Origin: Candidatus Woesearchaeota archaeon
GTDB lineage: Archaea > Nanobdellota > Nanobdellia > SCGC-AAA011-G17 > JACPIM01
DNA length: 64,000 nucleotides
Assembly (NCBI GenBank): GCA_964432435.1
Contig: CAYSNL010000002.1
Location: forward strand, 18,454 to 82,453
Reading direction: 5' to 3'
A program made the translations under genes and the position numbers. Below are positions 1 through 9,030 of this stretch, one piece after another. A model generated the notes under the pieces. That model saw only the letters and a program-made list of their open reading frames with translations, had not been told where the DNA came from and ran no database searches. How positions within the stretch are numbered: the stretch's first letter is position 1; each line of letters starts with the position of its first letter.

Positions 1-267
1 TATATGTTCAGAGAACATTTTTGGTCTCATTATTGATTCTCCAAGCATTGGTTTTAATGGCCTTCTGATCGGGGCTTGAAATTCTTCAAATTCTGGGACT
101 CTATATCCCTGTTCTTCTTTTGGTTCTTCAAAAGGGGTTTCTTCTTCAATAGGCATTGAAATCTTTGGTAATGGTGGTAAAGAAGGCATTGGTCTTGGTC
201 TAATCTCCCTTGATTCTTCTGAGCCTTCTGAATATTTAGGAAAACTAGGTAAACTAGAACTCGTCAT
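1..267 (-). CDS. partial CDS (N-terminal part; 3' end runs off window start), Pro/Glu-rich hypothetical protein
   Basis: ATG at 267 on minus strand, open to position 1; translation MTSSSLPSFPKYSEGSEESREIRPRPMPSLPPLPK...; no recognisable family. Confidence 0.3.
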   Translation of the reverse strand, partial: MTSSSLPSFPKYSEGSEESREIRPRPMPSLPPLPKISMPIEEETPFEEPKEEQGYRVPEFEEFQAPIRRPLKPMLGESIMRPKMFSEHI

Positions 268-372
268 GCCTTTATTATCTAAATCGACCTGCTTTTTTTT
301 AAATAATCCCATTATAAATATAGTTCTCTATCTGAGTATATTAAACTTTTCTTATTATATTTGAGTGGTAAA

Positions 373-690
373 TTAGATATTACTGATTTTTGCAGCCAAA
401 ATAAAATCATTTTCTGATAATCCTTTAATTTTATGTGTTGTTAAAATTACTCTTATTTTTGAATAAGAGATGTATAAATCCGGGTGATGCTGTTCTTTTT
501 CTGCTATCCTTGCTATTTTATTTACTGAGGACATAGCCTGCTTGAAATCTTTAAATTTAAATTCTCTAATTATTTTATCATCTTTAAGTTTCCAATCTGG
601 AACTTGTTTTAGATATTCTTGAGCTTGTAGTTTAGTAAATGGTAGAACATTACCTTCGCAAGGTTTGCATCTCCTTTTTAATAACTCCAT
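373..690 (-). CDS. pterin-4a-carbinolamine dehydratase (PCD/DCoH family)
   Basis: 105 aa; 'EKEQHHPDLYISYSKIRVILTTH' matches the E-x-HHP signature of PCD. Confidence 0.7.
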   Translation of the reverse strand: MELLKRRCKPCEGNVLPFTKLQAQEYLKQVPDWKLKDDKIIREFKFKDFKQAMSSVNKIARIAEKEQHHPDLYISYSKIRVILTTHKIKGLSENDFILAAKISNI

Positions 691-972
691 ATTAAATACC
701 TTTGATAGTAATAAGGCTTTTAAACTTAATGTTTAATAATCTTTAATATGACTAGGTTAGAAGATAAGGTGGAGTTGAAGTTTAAAGATTTATTTAATGG
801 TAGAGATTTTATTCCTCTTTTCGGTGCGCCTATACATTTGGGTTCAATTGATGGTGGTTTTCATTATTCTATAAAAAATGTTTTAAAACAATGCACATAT
901 ACTGGTTTAGTTTGTGCTTATCAATCGCCTTTTTATGTTGGTTTATTCTATTTAATTGATAGAATATTTAAT

Positions 973-1623
973 TTAGAATTCTTCTAAACTTTTTTGTTCT
1001 TTATGATTTTTATGATTTTTCCAAGAAATCCAAGATTTTCTGAAAATTTCGGGGTGTTTTTCCCAATTTTCTTTTAAGAATTTTTGGGTTATTGGATTGG
1101 ACATGTAACCTGGTCCTATATTTCCGTATTTCTTTTTTATTTCTTTTATTATATTGTCTCCATAAACTTTTGAAATAATACTTGCTGCAGCAACAACTGG
1201 ATATTTTTCAGCTTTGTGTTCAATAACAAGTTCGATTTCTTTATTGTCTAAAAGATTTCTAAGATAGGCTTCATATCTTTTTTTATTCGGAGATGGACAG
1301 TCAATAAATGCTTTATCTGGTTTTAGTTCATTAATTATTTGTGCTGTTTTATGTGCTTCTAACAAGTTCAAGTTTAATTCTTGTGATTCTAATGCTGCGT
1401 CTATCTCTGTTGGTGAAACTTCAATTATTTTATAACCCTTAACAGTTTTTATTATTTTTGGGTATAGTTCTTCTCTTTTCTTAGGTGTTAATAATTTAGA
1501 ATCCTTTACTCCTAATTTTTTTAATTTTATTTCATCTCTTTCATCAATTGTTACTCCACTTATTATTAAAGGTCCTATTACCGGGCCACGTCGGGCTTCA
1601 TCTACTCCGAGGATGATTGTCAT
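973..1623 (-). CDS. rnhB: ribonuclease HII
   Basis: N-terminus 'ILGVDEARRGPVIGPLII' is the RNase HII catalytic D-E-A-G-R-G block; ~216 aa typical size. Confidence 0.85.
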   Translation of the reverse strand: MTIILGVDEARRGPVIGPLIISGVTIDERDEIKLKKLGVKDSKLLTPKKREELYPKIIKTVKGYKIIEVSPTEIDAALESQELNLNLLEAHKTAQIINELKPDKAFIDCPSPNKKRYEAYLRNLLDNKEIELVIEHKAEKYPVVAAASIISKVYGDNIIKEIKKKYGNIGPGYMSNPITQKFLKENWEKHPEIFRKSWISWKNHKNHKEQKSLEEF

Positions 1624-1668
1624 ATATTTTTATGAAAGAATTAACTTTTTAAGCTTTTTTAAAGAGTT

Positions 1669-1818
1669 AGCGGAGGTTGGAAATCCAGTTAAAGTTAACT
1701 TTAACATTTGAATTCGTCGGTATTATTATTACCGCCAACGATCTTCGGGTTATGAGCCCGACGGATACTCCAAATTGGATGGTTAGGAGTTTTGTCATAA
1801 CCTCTATCCCACTCCGCT
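1669..1818. ncRNA. hairpin-rich structured intergenic element (candidate small ncRNA, family unassigned)
   Basis: 7-bp closing helix agcggag(1669-1675)/ctccgct(1811-1817) enclosing at least four internal hairpins: gttaaag-ttaa-ctttaac (1688-1705); cgtcgg(1715-1720)...ccgacg(1759-1764) with inner cggg/cccg; ggtta(1781-1785)/taacc(1798-1802). The overlapping ORF 1677..1862 is probably not coding. Confidence 0.25.
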
Positions 1819-1904
1819 ATATCTCAAAAGTGCTTATTTTCCTTTTTAAAGCTTTTTATTGATATTTGCAAAATTTTATAACTATTAACATTTTATTATT
1901 TTTA

Positions 1905-2909
1905 ATGATAAAAGTAGATGGTTCATATGGTGAGTCTGGAGGTCAAATTTTGCGTAGCAGTCTAGGTTTAAGTGCTCTAACGGGTAAAAGTTTTGAGATA
2001 ATTAATATAAGAAAAAATAGAAGTAATCCTGGATTGCAGGAACAACATTTACAATGCGTTAAGGCTGTTAAAAAATTATGTAATGCAGAAGTTGATGGGG
2101 CTGAATTGTATAGTACAAAATTAAAATTTACCCCTGGTGAAATCAGCAAAAACAAATTAAAAATAAAGATAAACACAGCTGGAAGCGTTGCTTTAGTTTT
2201 GCAGTCTTTATTAATCGCTTCTTTAAATAATGATTTAAGAATAAGAATTGAAGGCGGAGGAACTTGGAATAAATGGGCTCCTTCGGTATTATACCTTAAG
2301 AAAGTTTTTGCTAAATTAATGGAAAAATTTGGTTATAGAATTGATATTAATATTTTAAAAGAGGGTTTTTATCCTAAAGGGGGAGCTTTAGTTGAGATTA
2401 ATGTAAAAAAATCAGATTTAAAAAAAATAGAGTTAGTGAATTTTGAGAAATTAAAAAAAATAACTTGTATGTCGGTTGCTACTACTGATTTAAAAAAAGG
2501 AAAAGTTGCTGAAAGACAAGCTACAAGCGCTAAGAATATTTTAGGGAGGAATATTGATTCAGAAATTCATGCTCATACTAGTTATGTTGACTCATTAAGT
2601 ACAGGTTCTGGTTTATTATTAAAGGCAGAGTTTGATAATACCATATTGGGATATGATATTGTTGGTGAAAAAGGAAAACAAAGTGAAAAAATAGGTGAAG
2701 AAGCTGCTGTTGGAATGTTAAGGCATTTGTTAGCTAAAGTTTGTGTTGATAATTTTATGTTTGATCAAATATTGCCTTTTTTAGCTATTGCTAAAGGTGA
2801 AGTGAGATTTTTAGATATGACAGAACATGCCAGAACTAATATTGAAATAATTAAAAAATTTTTAGATGTTGATTTTAAAATAGAAAATAAAGTAATAAAA
2901 GTGAATTAG
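1905..2909 (+). CDS. rtcA: RNA 3'-terminal phosphate cyclase
   Basis: 'MIKVDGSYGESGGQILRSSLGLSALTG' matches the RtcA N-terminal G-x-G-E-G-G-G-Q-x-L-R motif; ~335 aa. ORF-track start at 1866 is a TTG; the ATG at 1905 fits the family N-terminus better. Confidence 0.8.
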   Translation: MIKVDGSYGESGGQILRSSLGLSALTGKSFEIINIRKNRSNPGLQEQHLQCVKAVKKLCNAEVDGAELYSTKLKFTPGEISKNKLKIKINTAGSVALVLQSLLIASLNNDLRIRIEGGGTWNKWAPSVLYLKKVFAKLMEKFGYRIDINILKEGFYPKGGALVEINVKKSDLKKIELVNFEKLKKITCMSVATTDLKKGKVAERQATSAKNILGRNIDSEIHAHTSYVDSLSTGSGLLLKAEFDNTILGYDIVGEKGKQSEKIGEEAAVGMLRHLLAKVCVDNFMFDQILPFLAIAKGEVRFLDMTEHARTNIEIIKKFLDVDFKIENKVIKVN

Positions 2910-4390
2910 GTTAAATATTCTGCTGTGACTTTTCTGAAATGGTGTCCCATAATTGCTAGAGTAACTGCATCTGCTAATCTCACTCTATGATGCCTTAATA
3001 CTTTGTTAATATATTTCCAATATTCACTTCTATCCTTATCAAATACACCTTGTATAATTATAGACTTAAAACCTGCCCTAATATCACCCCATGATAAATG
3101 ATCGTAACCAACTTTAGTAGCATTCTTTGCTCTTTCTAAGAAAGTAAGCGCCCTATCGTAAAATTTTCCAGAAGAATATAATCTTTGCATTAACGTTCTA
3201 TAACTTGATACTAATCCATCTTTGTCAAGTTTTGGAACAAAATTTACTGTTCCATCGGTATTATTTCCTGTACCATTATCCAATATCCTGCCTTCACTTT
3301 CCAGTCTTTTGTATAGTCCTGTTCCCGGTATTGCGGTTAATAAACCCAACATTGCCGATGGTATCCCACTTTCTCTAATAAACTTTTCTTGTAAATCTGC
3401 AATATTTGGAGGATCATTATCAAAGCCCATTATAAATCCTGCCATGACTTCTATACCCTTTCTTTGTATTTGTTTTACTTTGTCTAATAGATTGTATCTA
3501 GTATTTTGTGTTTTACGTGTTTCCCTAAGGCTTGCTTCTACAGGTGTTTCTATTCCTATGAAGACTTTTCTGAATCCTGCAGTTACCATTTCTTCTAATA
3601 TATCGTCTGGTAGATTGGCTGATGCTTCTGTGAATAGTTTAAATGGATAGTCTCTATCTCTTTGCCATTTTGTTATTAGTGGGAGATTTTTTCTAATTGC
3701 AGGAAGATTTCCAATAAAGTTATCATCGACTATAAAAACCGAACCTTTCCAACCTGCTTGATAAAGTTGTTCTAACTCTGCTAGAAATCTATTAATTGGC
3801 TTGACTCTTGGGAGTCTACCATAAATCTTAGTTATATCACAAAATTCACAATCAAATGGGCATCCTCTTGAAAATTGAACTGACATTGAACTGTACCTAC
3901 CTAAACCTATTAAGTCTAATTTTGGCAATGGGACATTATCTAAATTTGGTCTTGCCTCTGCCTTATAGTGTTCTCTTGCTGTTCCATTTACTAGGTCTTC
4001 AAGTAAAGTCGGCATTATTGTTTCTGCTTCACCTTCAACTCTGTGGTCTGCTAATTTTGTAGCTGGTAAATGTGTTGATACAAATGGACCACCAAGAATT
4101 GTTTTTTTATTAAATCTTTTAGCTCTTTCAATGTCTTCAACTACTGATGGTTCTTGTACAGTCATAGCACTTATGAAAACAAAATCAGAATTTCTTAGTT
4201 CTTTATCTTTTAATGTTTTTACGTTTTGGTCTATGAGTTTAACTTTCCAATCATCATGAAAGAAACTTGCAATTGTTAGTGCTCCTAGTGGTGGAAAGGC
4301 AGAATCTTTTCCTTGAAAACTAATTGCATGTTTGAAGCTCCAATAGGTAGATGGTATTTCTGGGTATAATATCAAAGCTTTTTTGATCAT
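2906..4390 (-). CDS. B12-binding radical SAM protein (class B radical SAM)
   Basis: N-terminal cobalamin-binding-like domain followed by 'RGCPFDCEFCD' C-x3-C-x2-C radical SAM cluster motif; 494 aa. Confidence 0.75.
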   Translation of the reverse strand: MIKKALILYPEIPSTYWSFKHAISFQGKDSAFPPLGALTIASFFHDDWKVKLIDQNVKTLKDKELRNSDFVFISAMTVQEPSVVEDIERAKRFNKKTILGGPFVSTHLPATKLADHRVEGEAETIMPTLLEDLVNGTAREHYKAEARPNLDNVPLPKLDLIGLGRYSSMSVQFSRGCPFDCEFCDITKIYGRLPRVKPINRFLAELEQLYQAGWKGSVFIVDDNFIGNLPAIRKNLPLITKWQRDRDYPFKLFTEASANLPDDILEEMVTAGFRKVFIGIETPVEASLRETRKTQNTRYNLLDKVKQIQRKGIEVMAGFIMGFDNDPPNIADLQEKFIRESGIPSAMLGLLTAIPGTGLYKRLESEGRILDNGTGNNTDGTVNFVPKLDKDGLVSSYRTLMQRLYSSGKFYDRALTFLERAKNATKVGYDHLSWGDIRAGFKSIIIQGVFDKDRSEYWKYINKVLRHHRVRLADAVTLAIMGHHFRKVTAEYLT

Positions 4391-4494
4391 ATTACTTTTG
4401 TATAAATTTTTTATTTTATAAAGTTTGGCCTTAAATTTTTAAATAAGAATGCTATAGAAAACCTTAAAAGAAGCGTGTTGTTCTTTTATTTTAA

Positions 4495-4671
4495 GCCGGG
4501 ATGGCACAACCTGGTACTGCGCAGGATTGCTAGAACCTTTCTTAGGAAGAAATGTTCACGAAAGAGAGGCAAGGTTGTGATGATCCTGTTTCCGAAAGGA
4601 TATCCGGGTTCAAAAATAAGAACCCAGGTTTTTATTAACCCCTGGATTCATTGAGAGTCCCGGTCCCGGCG
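4495..4671 (+). tRNA. tRNA-Ser (anticodon GCU) interrupted by two introns (canonical 37/38 and T-loop)
   Basis: Perfect 7-bp acceptor stem GCCGGGA(4495-4501)/TCCCGGC(4664-4670), discriminator G. D-arm carries a GG. Anticodon stem CAGGA(4522-4526)/TCCTG(4584-4588) with loop TTGCTA|A. A 50-nt insert (4533-4582) lies between positions 37 and 38. Long variable arm (class II). T-stem CCGGG(4604-4608)/CCCGG(4659-4663), with a ~43-nt insert (4615-4657) inside the TTCAAA|T loop. Confidence 0.55.
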
Positions 4672-4756
4672 TTGTTATTTTTTAGATACACCTAGTGTGT
4701 TCAAGATTTATAATTAATTAAAATTATAACTGAAGGATATACTTTTTTAAGCTATT

Positions 4757-5761
4757 TCACCAAGCTCTTGCTCCATTTTTTAGCTTAAAATACTTGTATA
4801 CACCAAGAGCAAAACCCATTGTTACTATCATTGAAAATACGGGGTAATAAATAAATGCATATGGTATGGCTAGTAAGATATTACCTAACTCATTTAAATT
4901 ATTAATATTCATAGCTGAAAAAAAAGACGTTAGCAATATGTAAAGTAAACTTACTAGCAAAACAATATTTTCCGGTAAATGTGTAAATAAAGAAAAAAAG
5001 AATAGACTACTTATTATGCTATAGGAAAAAAGATATATAAAATAAAAAGGATTTTTTATGAATTGTTTTGGATGTTTCAAGAAACACTGCATCCCGCCAG
5101 AGGCCCACCTTATTTTTTGCTTAAACCAGGCTTTTAAGTTATTAGATTCATAAGTTTCGGCTGGCTCTAAGATTTGATCTAGTTTCCATCCCATTTCTTT
5201 TAAAGATAATGCCATATCCATATCTTCCGTAAGCATATTTTCTTGGAATAAACCGGCTCTTTCTAATAAATCTCTTTTTATAAACATACAACCACCCCAT
5301 AATGATATTGCTTTTATTGATTGGCTTAAGGCCAACATAGCGAACTCCACCCCTATCATCTGTGATATAAATCCTTCATTCTTTACCCTATACCTACAAC
5401 TTACAGCTCCTATGTTGTGTTTTTTTAACCTTGAAATGGAGTTGTTTATCATTTTCTTGTTTACAATGACATCAGAATCCAAAACAAAAATTATTTTTCC
5501 TTTTGTTCTTTTGAATGCTTTGTTTAATGATTTTACTTTACCTAAATTAATTTTATTATTAATAATACTAAATCTATACTTATTTTTTAAATTTTTTAAG
5601 ATATTTAATGTGCTATCTGTACTACGGTCGTTGATTACAAATAATTTAAAGTTAATATTCATACTATAATATAAGTTTCTTATGGTTTCAGCAATGGTAT
5701 TTGAATCATTGTACGTTGGTATTATCACCGAGATTTTTTCTCTAGTTAACTTTTTATTCAT
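4757..5761 (-). CDS. family 2 glycosyltransferase (dolichyl-phosphate sugar transferase-like) with C-terminal TM helices
   Basis: 'ISVIIPTYNDS' GT2 N-terminal motif, 'LDSDV' DxD; hydrophobic C-terminus. Confidence 0.8.
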   Translation of the reverse strand: MNKKLTREKISVIIPTYNDSNTIAETIRNLYYSMNINFKLFVINDRSTDSTLNILKNLKNKYRFSIINNKINLGKVKSLNKAFKRTKGKIIFVLDSDVIVNKKMINNSISRLKKHNIGAVSCRYRVKNEGFISQMIGVEFAMLALSQSIKAISLWGGCMFIKRDLLERAGLFQENMLTEDMDMALSLKEMGWKLDQILEPAETYESNNLKAWFKQKIRWASGGMQCFLKHPKQFIKNPFYFIYLFSYSIISSLFFFSLFTHLPENIVLLVSLLYILLTSFFSAMNINNLNELGNILLAIPYAFIYYPVFSMIVTMGFALGVYKYFKLKNGARAW

Positions 5762-5798
5762 ATTATATCTGCCTTTAGTTATCTGCGTGTTTTTTAAT

Positions 5799-6428
5799 TT
5801 ATAAATCTATTTGAATACTACCGACTTTTTTAAAAAACCAATTACTTAATCTATATGATCCGTAGGTTATAAAAAAAGCAGCAAAAACATCAATACTATA
5901 ATGAAGGTGCATCAATAAGACGGTGGCTGCTAAAATCAGCATTGCAATTAAAAAGAAAACACCTATTTTTTCTTTCCTAAATAATAAAAAACCGAGGAAC
6001 GGAATTGCTGTATGGCCTGAGAAGAAGAAGTCATTATTAAAAACAAGAGGAGTATAATTAAAGGTGAGACTCAAGATTATTGCGTTTGCTGGCGTACCTA
6101 AATGTGTTAATGTTATAAAAAAACTTCTTATTAATACAAGCAGGCTGAATTGGCTAATCATAATGTGAAATTCTTTTATTCTGAATAATAAAGGATAAAG
6201 GAATAAAACCAGGATTACAAAAATATATCCATAAATATAAAGAAAAGATAAATCAATTGTTGGTATATGATCTAATATCAGATCTGAAGCAATAACTACA
6301 TTTGTAGTGTCAACATATCTTCCAGCAATATAATTTAAAATTAAAGCAATTATAAGGAAAATGAATGAAACTAATATAGAAAATTTATTATCCTTGAATT
6401 CTGTTTTCCATTCTTTTATTTTTTTCAT
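5799..6428 (-). CDS. PAP2-superfamily membrane phosphatase-like protein
   Basis: Polytopic membrane protein with 'FSGHTA' and 'HLHYSIDV' blocks resembling PAP2 motifs 2/3; adjacent to GT2 (polyprenyl-phosphate metabolism context). Confidence 0.45.
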   Translation of the reverse strand: MKKIKEWKTEFKDNKFSILVSFIFLIIALILNYIAGRYVDTTNVVIASDLILDHIPTIDLSFLYIYGYIFVILVLFLYPLLFRIKEFHIMISQFSLLVLIRSFFITLTHLGTPANAIILSLTFNYTPLVFNNDFFFSGHTAIPFLGFLLFRKEKIGVFFLIAMLILAATVLLMHLHYSIDVFAAFFITYGSYRLSNWFFKKVGSIQIDL

Positions 6429-6519
6429 AATTCTGTGTTCTGTTTGTTCTTTTTATAATTAACTATCTTTTATGTATATTTTAACAAAATTTAAATAACC
6501 TTCATTCTTTAGATATTTT

Positions 6520-7023
6520 ATGGATAATAAAGGAATTTCACCATTAATTGCTACTGTTTTATTAATATCTTTTGTGGTAATATTAGCTGGTGCGGTGTAT
6601 TATTGGGCAAATACTTCTTTAGAAAAAGCAAAAGGACAAGCTGAAGAGGAATTGGATGTTATGGAGGCTTCAAATAAAATAGATTATAAGATTGATGATG
6701 CTACATATGTTACAGGCAATGTATTAAGAATTATTGAAGGATTAGTCATTGGTAATAATGCTAATATAAAGAAAGTAAGGATATCTTTAACAAATAATGG
6801 CGATTTGAAAATTGAAAAATTTATTGTACTGGTGTATGATATTAATGGTGATGTTTATGTTGATGGTAATTTCGTGGTTAATTTAGATCTATTGGAGCAT
6901 AAGGAAGTTGAATTTAAATTTGATGCTTCTAATTTAAGTGAAATAGATTATTTTGAAATTATACCAAAGATAGACGATAGAGCAATTGAAAGCAAAGCAA
7001 CAAAATTTAGGGCTCATAACTAA
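6520..7023 (+). CDS. archaeal type IV pilin-like protein (class III signal peptide)
   Basis: 'MDNKG|ISPLIATVLLISFVVILAGAVYYW': short basic n-region, KG cleavage site followed by a hydrophobic stretch, as in archaellin/pilin prepilins. Confidence 0.6.
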   Translation: MDNKGISPLIATVLLISFVVILAGAVYYWANTSLEKAKGQAEEELDVMEASNKIDYKIDDATYVTGNVLRIIEGLVIGNNANIKKVRISLTNNGDLKIEKFIVLVYDINGDVYVDGNFVVNLDLLEHKEVEFKFDASNLSEIDYFEIIPKIDDRAIESKATKFRAHN

Positions 7024-7024
7024 A

Positions 7025-7504
7025 ATGTTAGAATATTTAACTATAATAATAAGTTTTTTAGGTATATTTTTTGGATTTTTACTTAGAAGAATAGCTAAAG
7101 AGGAAATTAAGTTTGGAAAATTTGGCAACAGATATTTTATTTGGTTAAAAAGAGCGGTTTTTCTAATTCTAATACTTTTATTACTTTATCTTTCTAAAAG
7201 ATATTTAATTGTAATTATATTTGTGGTATTGGGCTTTTTAGCTGGAATTTTTTTAGATGAATATTTATTTTTAGGTAGTGCTATAGTTGTTGGTTTTTTA
7301 GATAAAAGTTTATTATTTTTAGTTTTAAGTTTGGTTTTTATTAATGGTTTGATTTATGGAAGTTTTTTAAGGAATTTTAAAAAAGCTTTACCAAGTTTAT
7401 TATTTTTTATTCCTTTTTTGTTTTTATTTTTCAATATTAATTATTATGATTATTTAATTGGATTTTCTTGTGGTGGTCTGTTTAATTATTTGATAAGAAA
7501 ATGA
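7025..7504 (+). CDS. polytopic membrane protein, unknown function
   Basis: Hydrophobic throughout (4-5 predicted TM helices); ORF-track start 6986 is TTG overlapping the upstream gene, ATG at 7025. Confidence 0.35.
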   Translation: MLEYLTIIISFLGIFFGFLLRRIAKEEIKFGKFGNRYFIWLKRAVFLILILLLLYLSKRYLIVIIFVVLGFLAGIFLDEYLFLGSAIVVGFLDKSLLFLVLSLVFINGLIYGSFLRNFKKALPSLLFFIPFLFLFFNINYYDYLIGFSCGGLFNYLIRK

Positions 7505-8019
7505 GATTAGAGAAAAAATCTGTTAAAGAGAGGAGATTTAATAAGAAATTATACGAAAAAATATTTAAAATAACTAGTAAACCTGATAAAATATTAGACT
7601 TGGGTTGTGGTTTAAGTCCTTTATATTTTCCTTATAATGATATTTATTATATTGCAACTGATATAAATAATAATATTTTAAAAAAAGTTAAAAAATATTT
7701 TAAAAAAAATAAAATCAAAAATAATGTGTTTTATTTAGATATTAATGATTTAGATGAGATTAAAAAAATAGAAGACGTTGATGTTGTTTTTTCTTTTAAA
7801 GTTTTTGATATCTTTAAGAGGAATAAGAAATTAGCTATTGAAGTCATTAGGAATTTAAAAACCAAATTTATCGTTGTTAGTTTTGCCACTAAAACCTCTT
7901 ATGGTAAAAAAATGAAAAATCCTAAAAGAAAATGGTTTGAGAATATTTTGAAAAAATTAGATTACGAATATACAACTATTAAGTTTTATAACGAAATATT
8001 CTATGTGGTGAAGAAATAG
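7501..8019 (+). CDS. small SAM-dependent methyltransferase-like protein
   Basis: 'ILDLGCGLSP' glycine-rich SAM-binding motif I; 172 aa. Confidence 0.45.
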   Translation: MRLEKKSVKERRFNKKLYEKIFKITSKPDKILDLGCGLSPLYFPYNDIYYIATDINNNILKKVKKYFKKNKIKNNVFYLDINDLDEIKKIEDVDVVFSFKVFDIFKRNKKLAIEVIRNLKTKFIVVSFATKTSYGKKMKNPKRKWFENILKKLDYEYTTIKFYNEIFYVVKK

Positions 8020-8052
8020 GTTTATAAATAGAATTTTTTTTCTTTTATAGTT

Positions 8053-8778
8053 ATGTTATATATGATTGGTCTTGGATTGAATGATGAGAAGGATATCAGT
8101 GTAAAAGGTTTGGAGGTTATTAAAAAATCTGATTTAATTTATTTTGAAAATTATACCTCTAAATTACAATGTAGTACAAAAAAATTAGAGAAATTTTACG
8201 GAAAAAAAATCATTAAGGCTGATAGAGATTTGGTTGAAAAAAATAATGAAATCTTAGAAAATGCTTTAAAGAAGAAAGTAGCTTTTTTAGTTATAGGTGA
8301 TGTATTCGGTGCAAGTACGCATATTGATTTATACTTAAGAGCTGTAAAGAAAAAAATTAAAGTTGAAGTTATTTATGGTAGTTCTATCCTAAGTGCTGTT
8401 GGCATTACTGGTTTAAGTTTGTATAAATTTGGTAAAACAACAAGTATTCCATTTGAAAATAAAAATATTAAAACACCAATTGAGACTTATGAAATCAATA
8501 AGAAAAACTGTTTACATACTTTGTTTTTATTGGATTTAGATCCTGTTAATAATAAATATTTGAATATTAAAGAAGCAGTTGAATATCTAATCAGGAATGG
8601 AATTTATGAAAATATTTATGCTTTAGGTTGTGCGAGAATTGGAAGTAAAGATCAAATTTTAAAATATAGACAATTAAAAGATTTAATGAGAATTAATTTT
8701 GGAGAACCGCCATATTGTTTAATAATACCTGGTAAATTACATTTTATTGAGGAAGAAGCTTTAAGTTTATGGAAATAA
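8053..8778 (+). CDS. dph5: diphthine synthase
   Basis: 'MLYMIGLGLNDEKDISVKGLEVIKKSDLIYFENYTS' matches the Dph5 N-terminus; tetrapyrrole-methylase fold size (241 aa). Confidence 0.85.
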   Translation: MLYMIGLGLNDEKDISVKGLEVIKKSDLIYFENYTSKLQCSTKKLEKFYGKKIIKADRDLVEKNNEILENALKKKVAFLVIGDVFGASTHIDLYLRAVKKKIKVEVIYGSSILSAVGITGLSLYKFGKTTSIPFENKNIKTPIETYEINKKNCLHTLFLLDLDPVNNKYLNIKEAVEYLIRNGIYENIYALGCARIGSKDQILKYRQLKDLMRINFGEPPYCLIIPGKLHFIEEEALSLWK

Positions 8779-8972
8779 AAGTTAATTCAGGAAAAAGAGA
8801 GACTAAGATTATTAAAGAAAAAGATGGTATATTATTTGTTGATGTAAAAGGAAAAGCTGAGGATAATGAGGCTAATAATGAGATTATAAGATTTTTTTCT
8901 AAAAAATTTAATAAAAATGTTAAAATTATTAGAGGATTTAAAAGTAAAAAGAAAATCATTAAGTTTTTCTGA
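8769..8972 (+). CDS. DUF167 (YggU-like) protein
   Basis: 67 aa, 'VKGKAEDNEANNEIIRFFSK' resembles the DUF167 core; 10-nt overlap with dph5. Confidence 0.5.
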   Translation: MEIKVNSGKRETKIIKEKDGILFVDVKGKAEDNEANNEIIRFFSKKFNKNVKIIRGFKSKKKIIKFF

Positions 8973-9030
8973 TGTCTTGATAACAGTAATGTTTATATAT
9001 TTTTTGGTATATCTATTTTAAGAGGTTAAA

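Noticed and set aside
748-987. 79-aa plus-strand ORF between PCD and rnhB
   Set aside because: It overlaps the rnhB 3' end, has no motif and an odd composition; it is more likely the intergenic/promoter region of the flanking genes.
1669-1818. Attempt to fold the structured element as a tRNA (either strand) or 5S rRNA
   Set aside because: No D-arm or T-arm with conserved GG/TTC features could be built. The size and motifs do not match 5S rRNA, and no C/D or H/ACA boxes were found. Left as an unassigned structured element.
1677-1862. 61-aa ORF in the rnhB-rtcA spacer
   Set aside because: Entirely overlapped by a GC-richer, hairpin-dense element with a 7-bp closing helix. The codon composition is atypical and the ORF has no RBS or family match, so it was treated as RNA or regulatory rather than coding.
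3222-3650. Antisense ORFs inside long genes
   Set aside because: These include 3222..3650, 12026..12244, 47203..47628, 49066..49584, 56902..57405, 20791..21105, 21434..21787 and 60979..61272. They lie wholly within confidently assigned CDSs on the opposite strand and have low-complexity, Leu/Ser/Phe-rich translations typical of shadow ORFs in AT-rich DNA.
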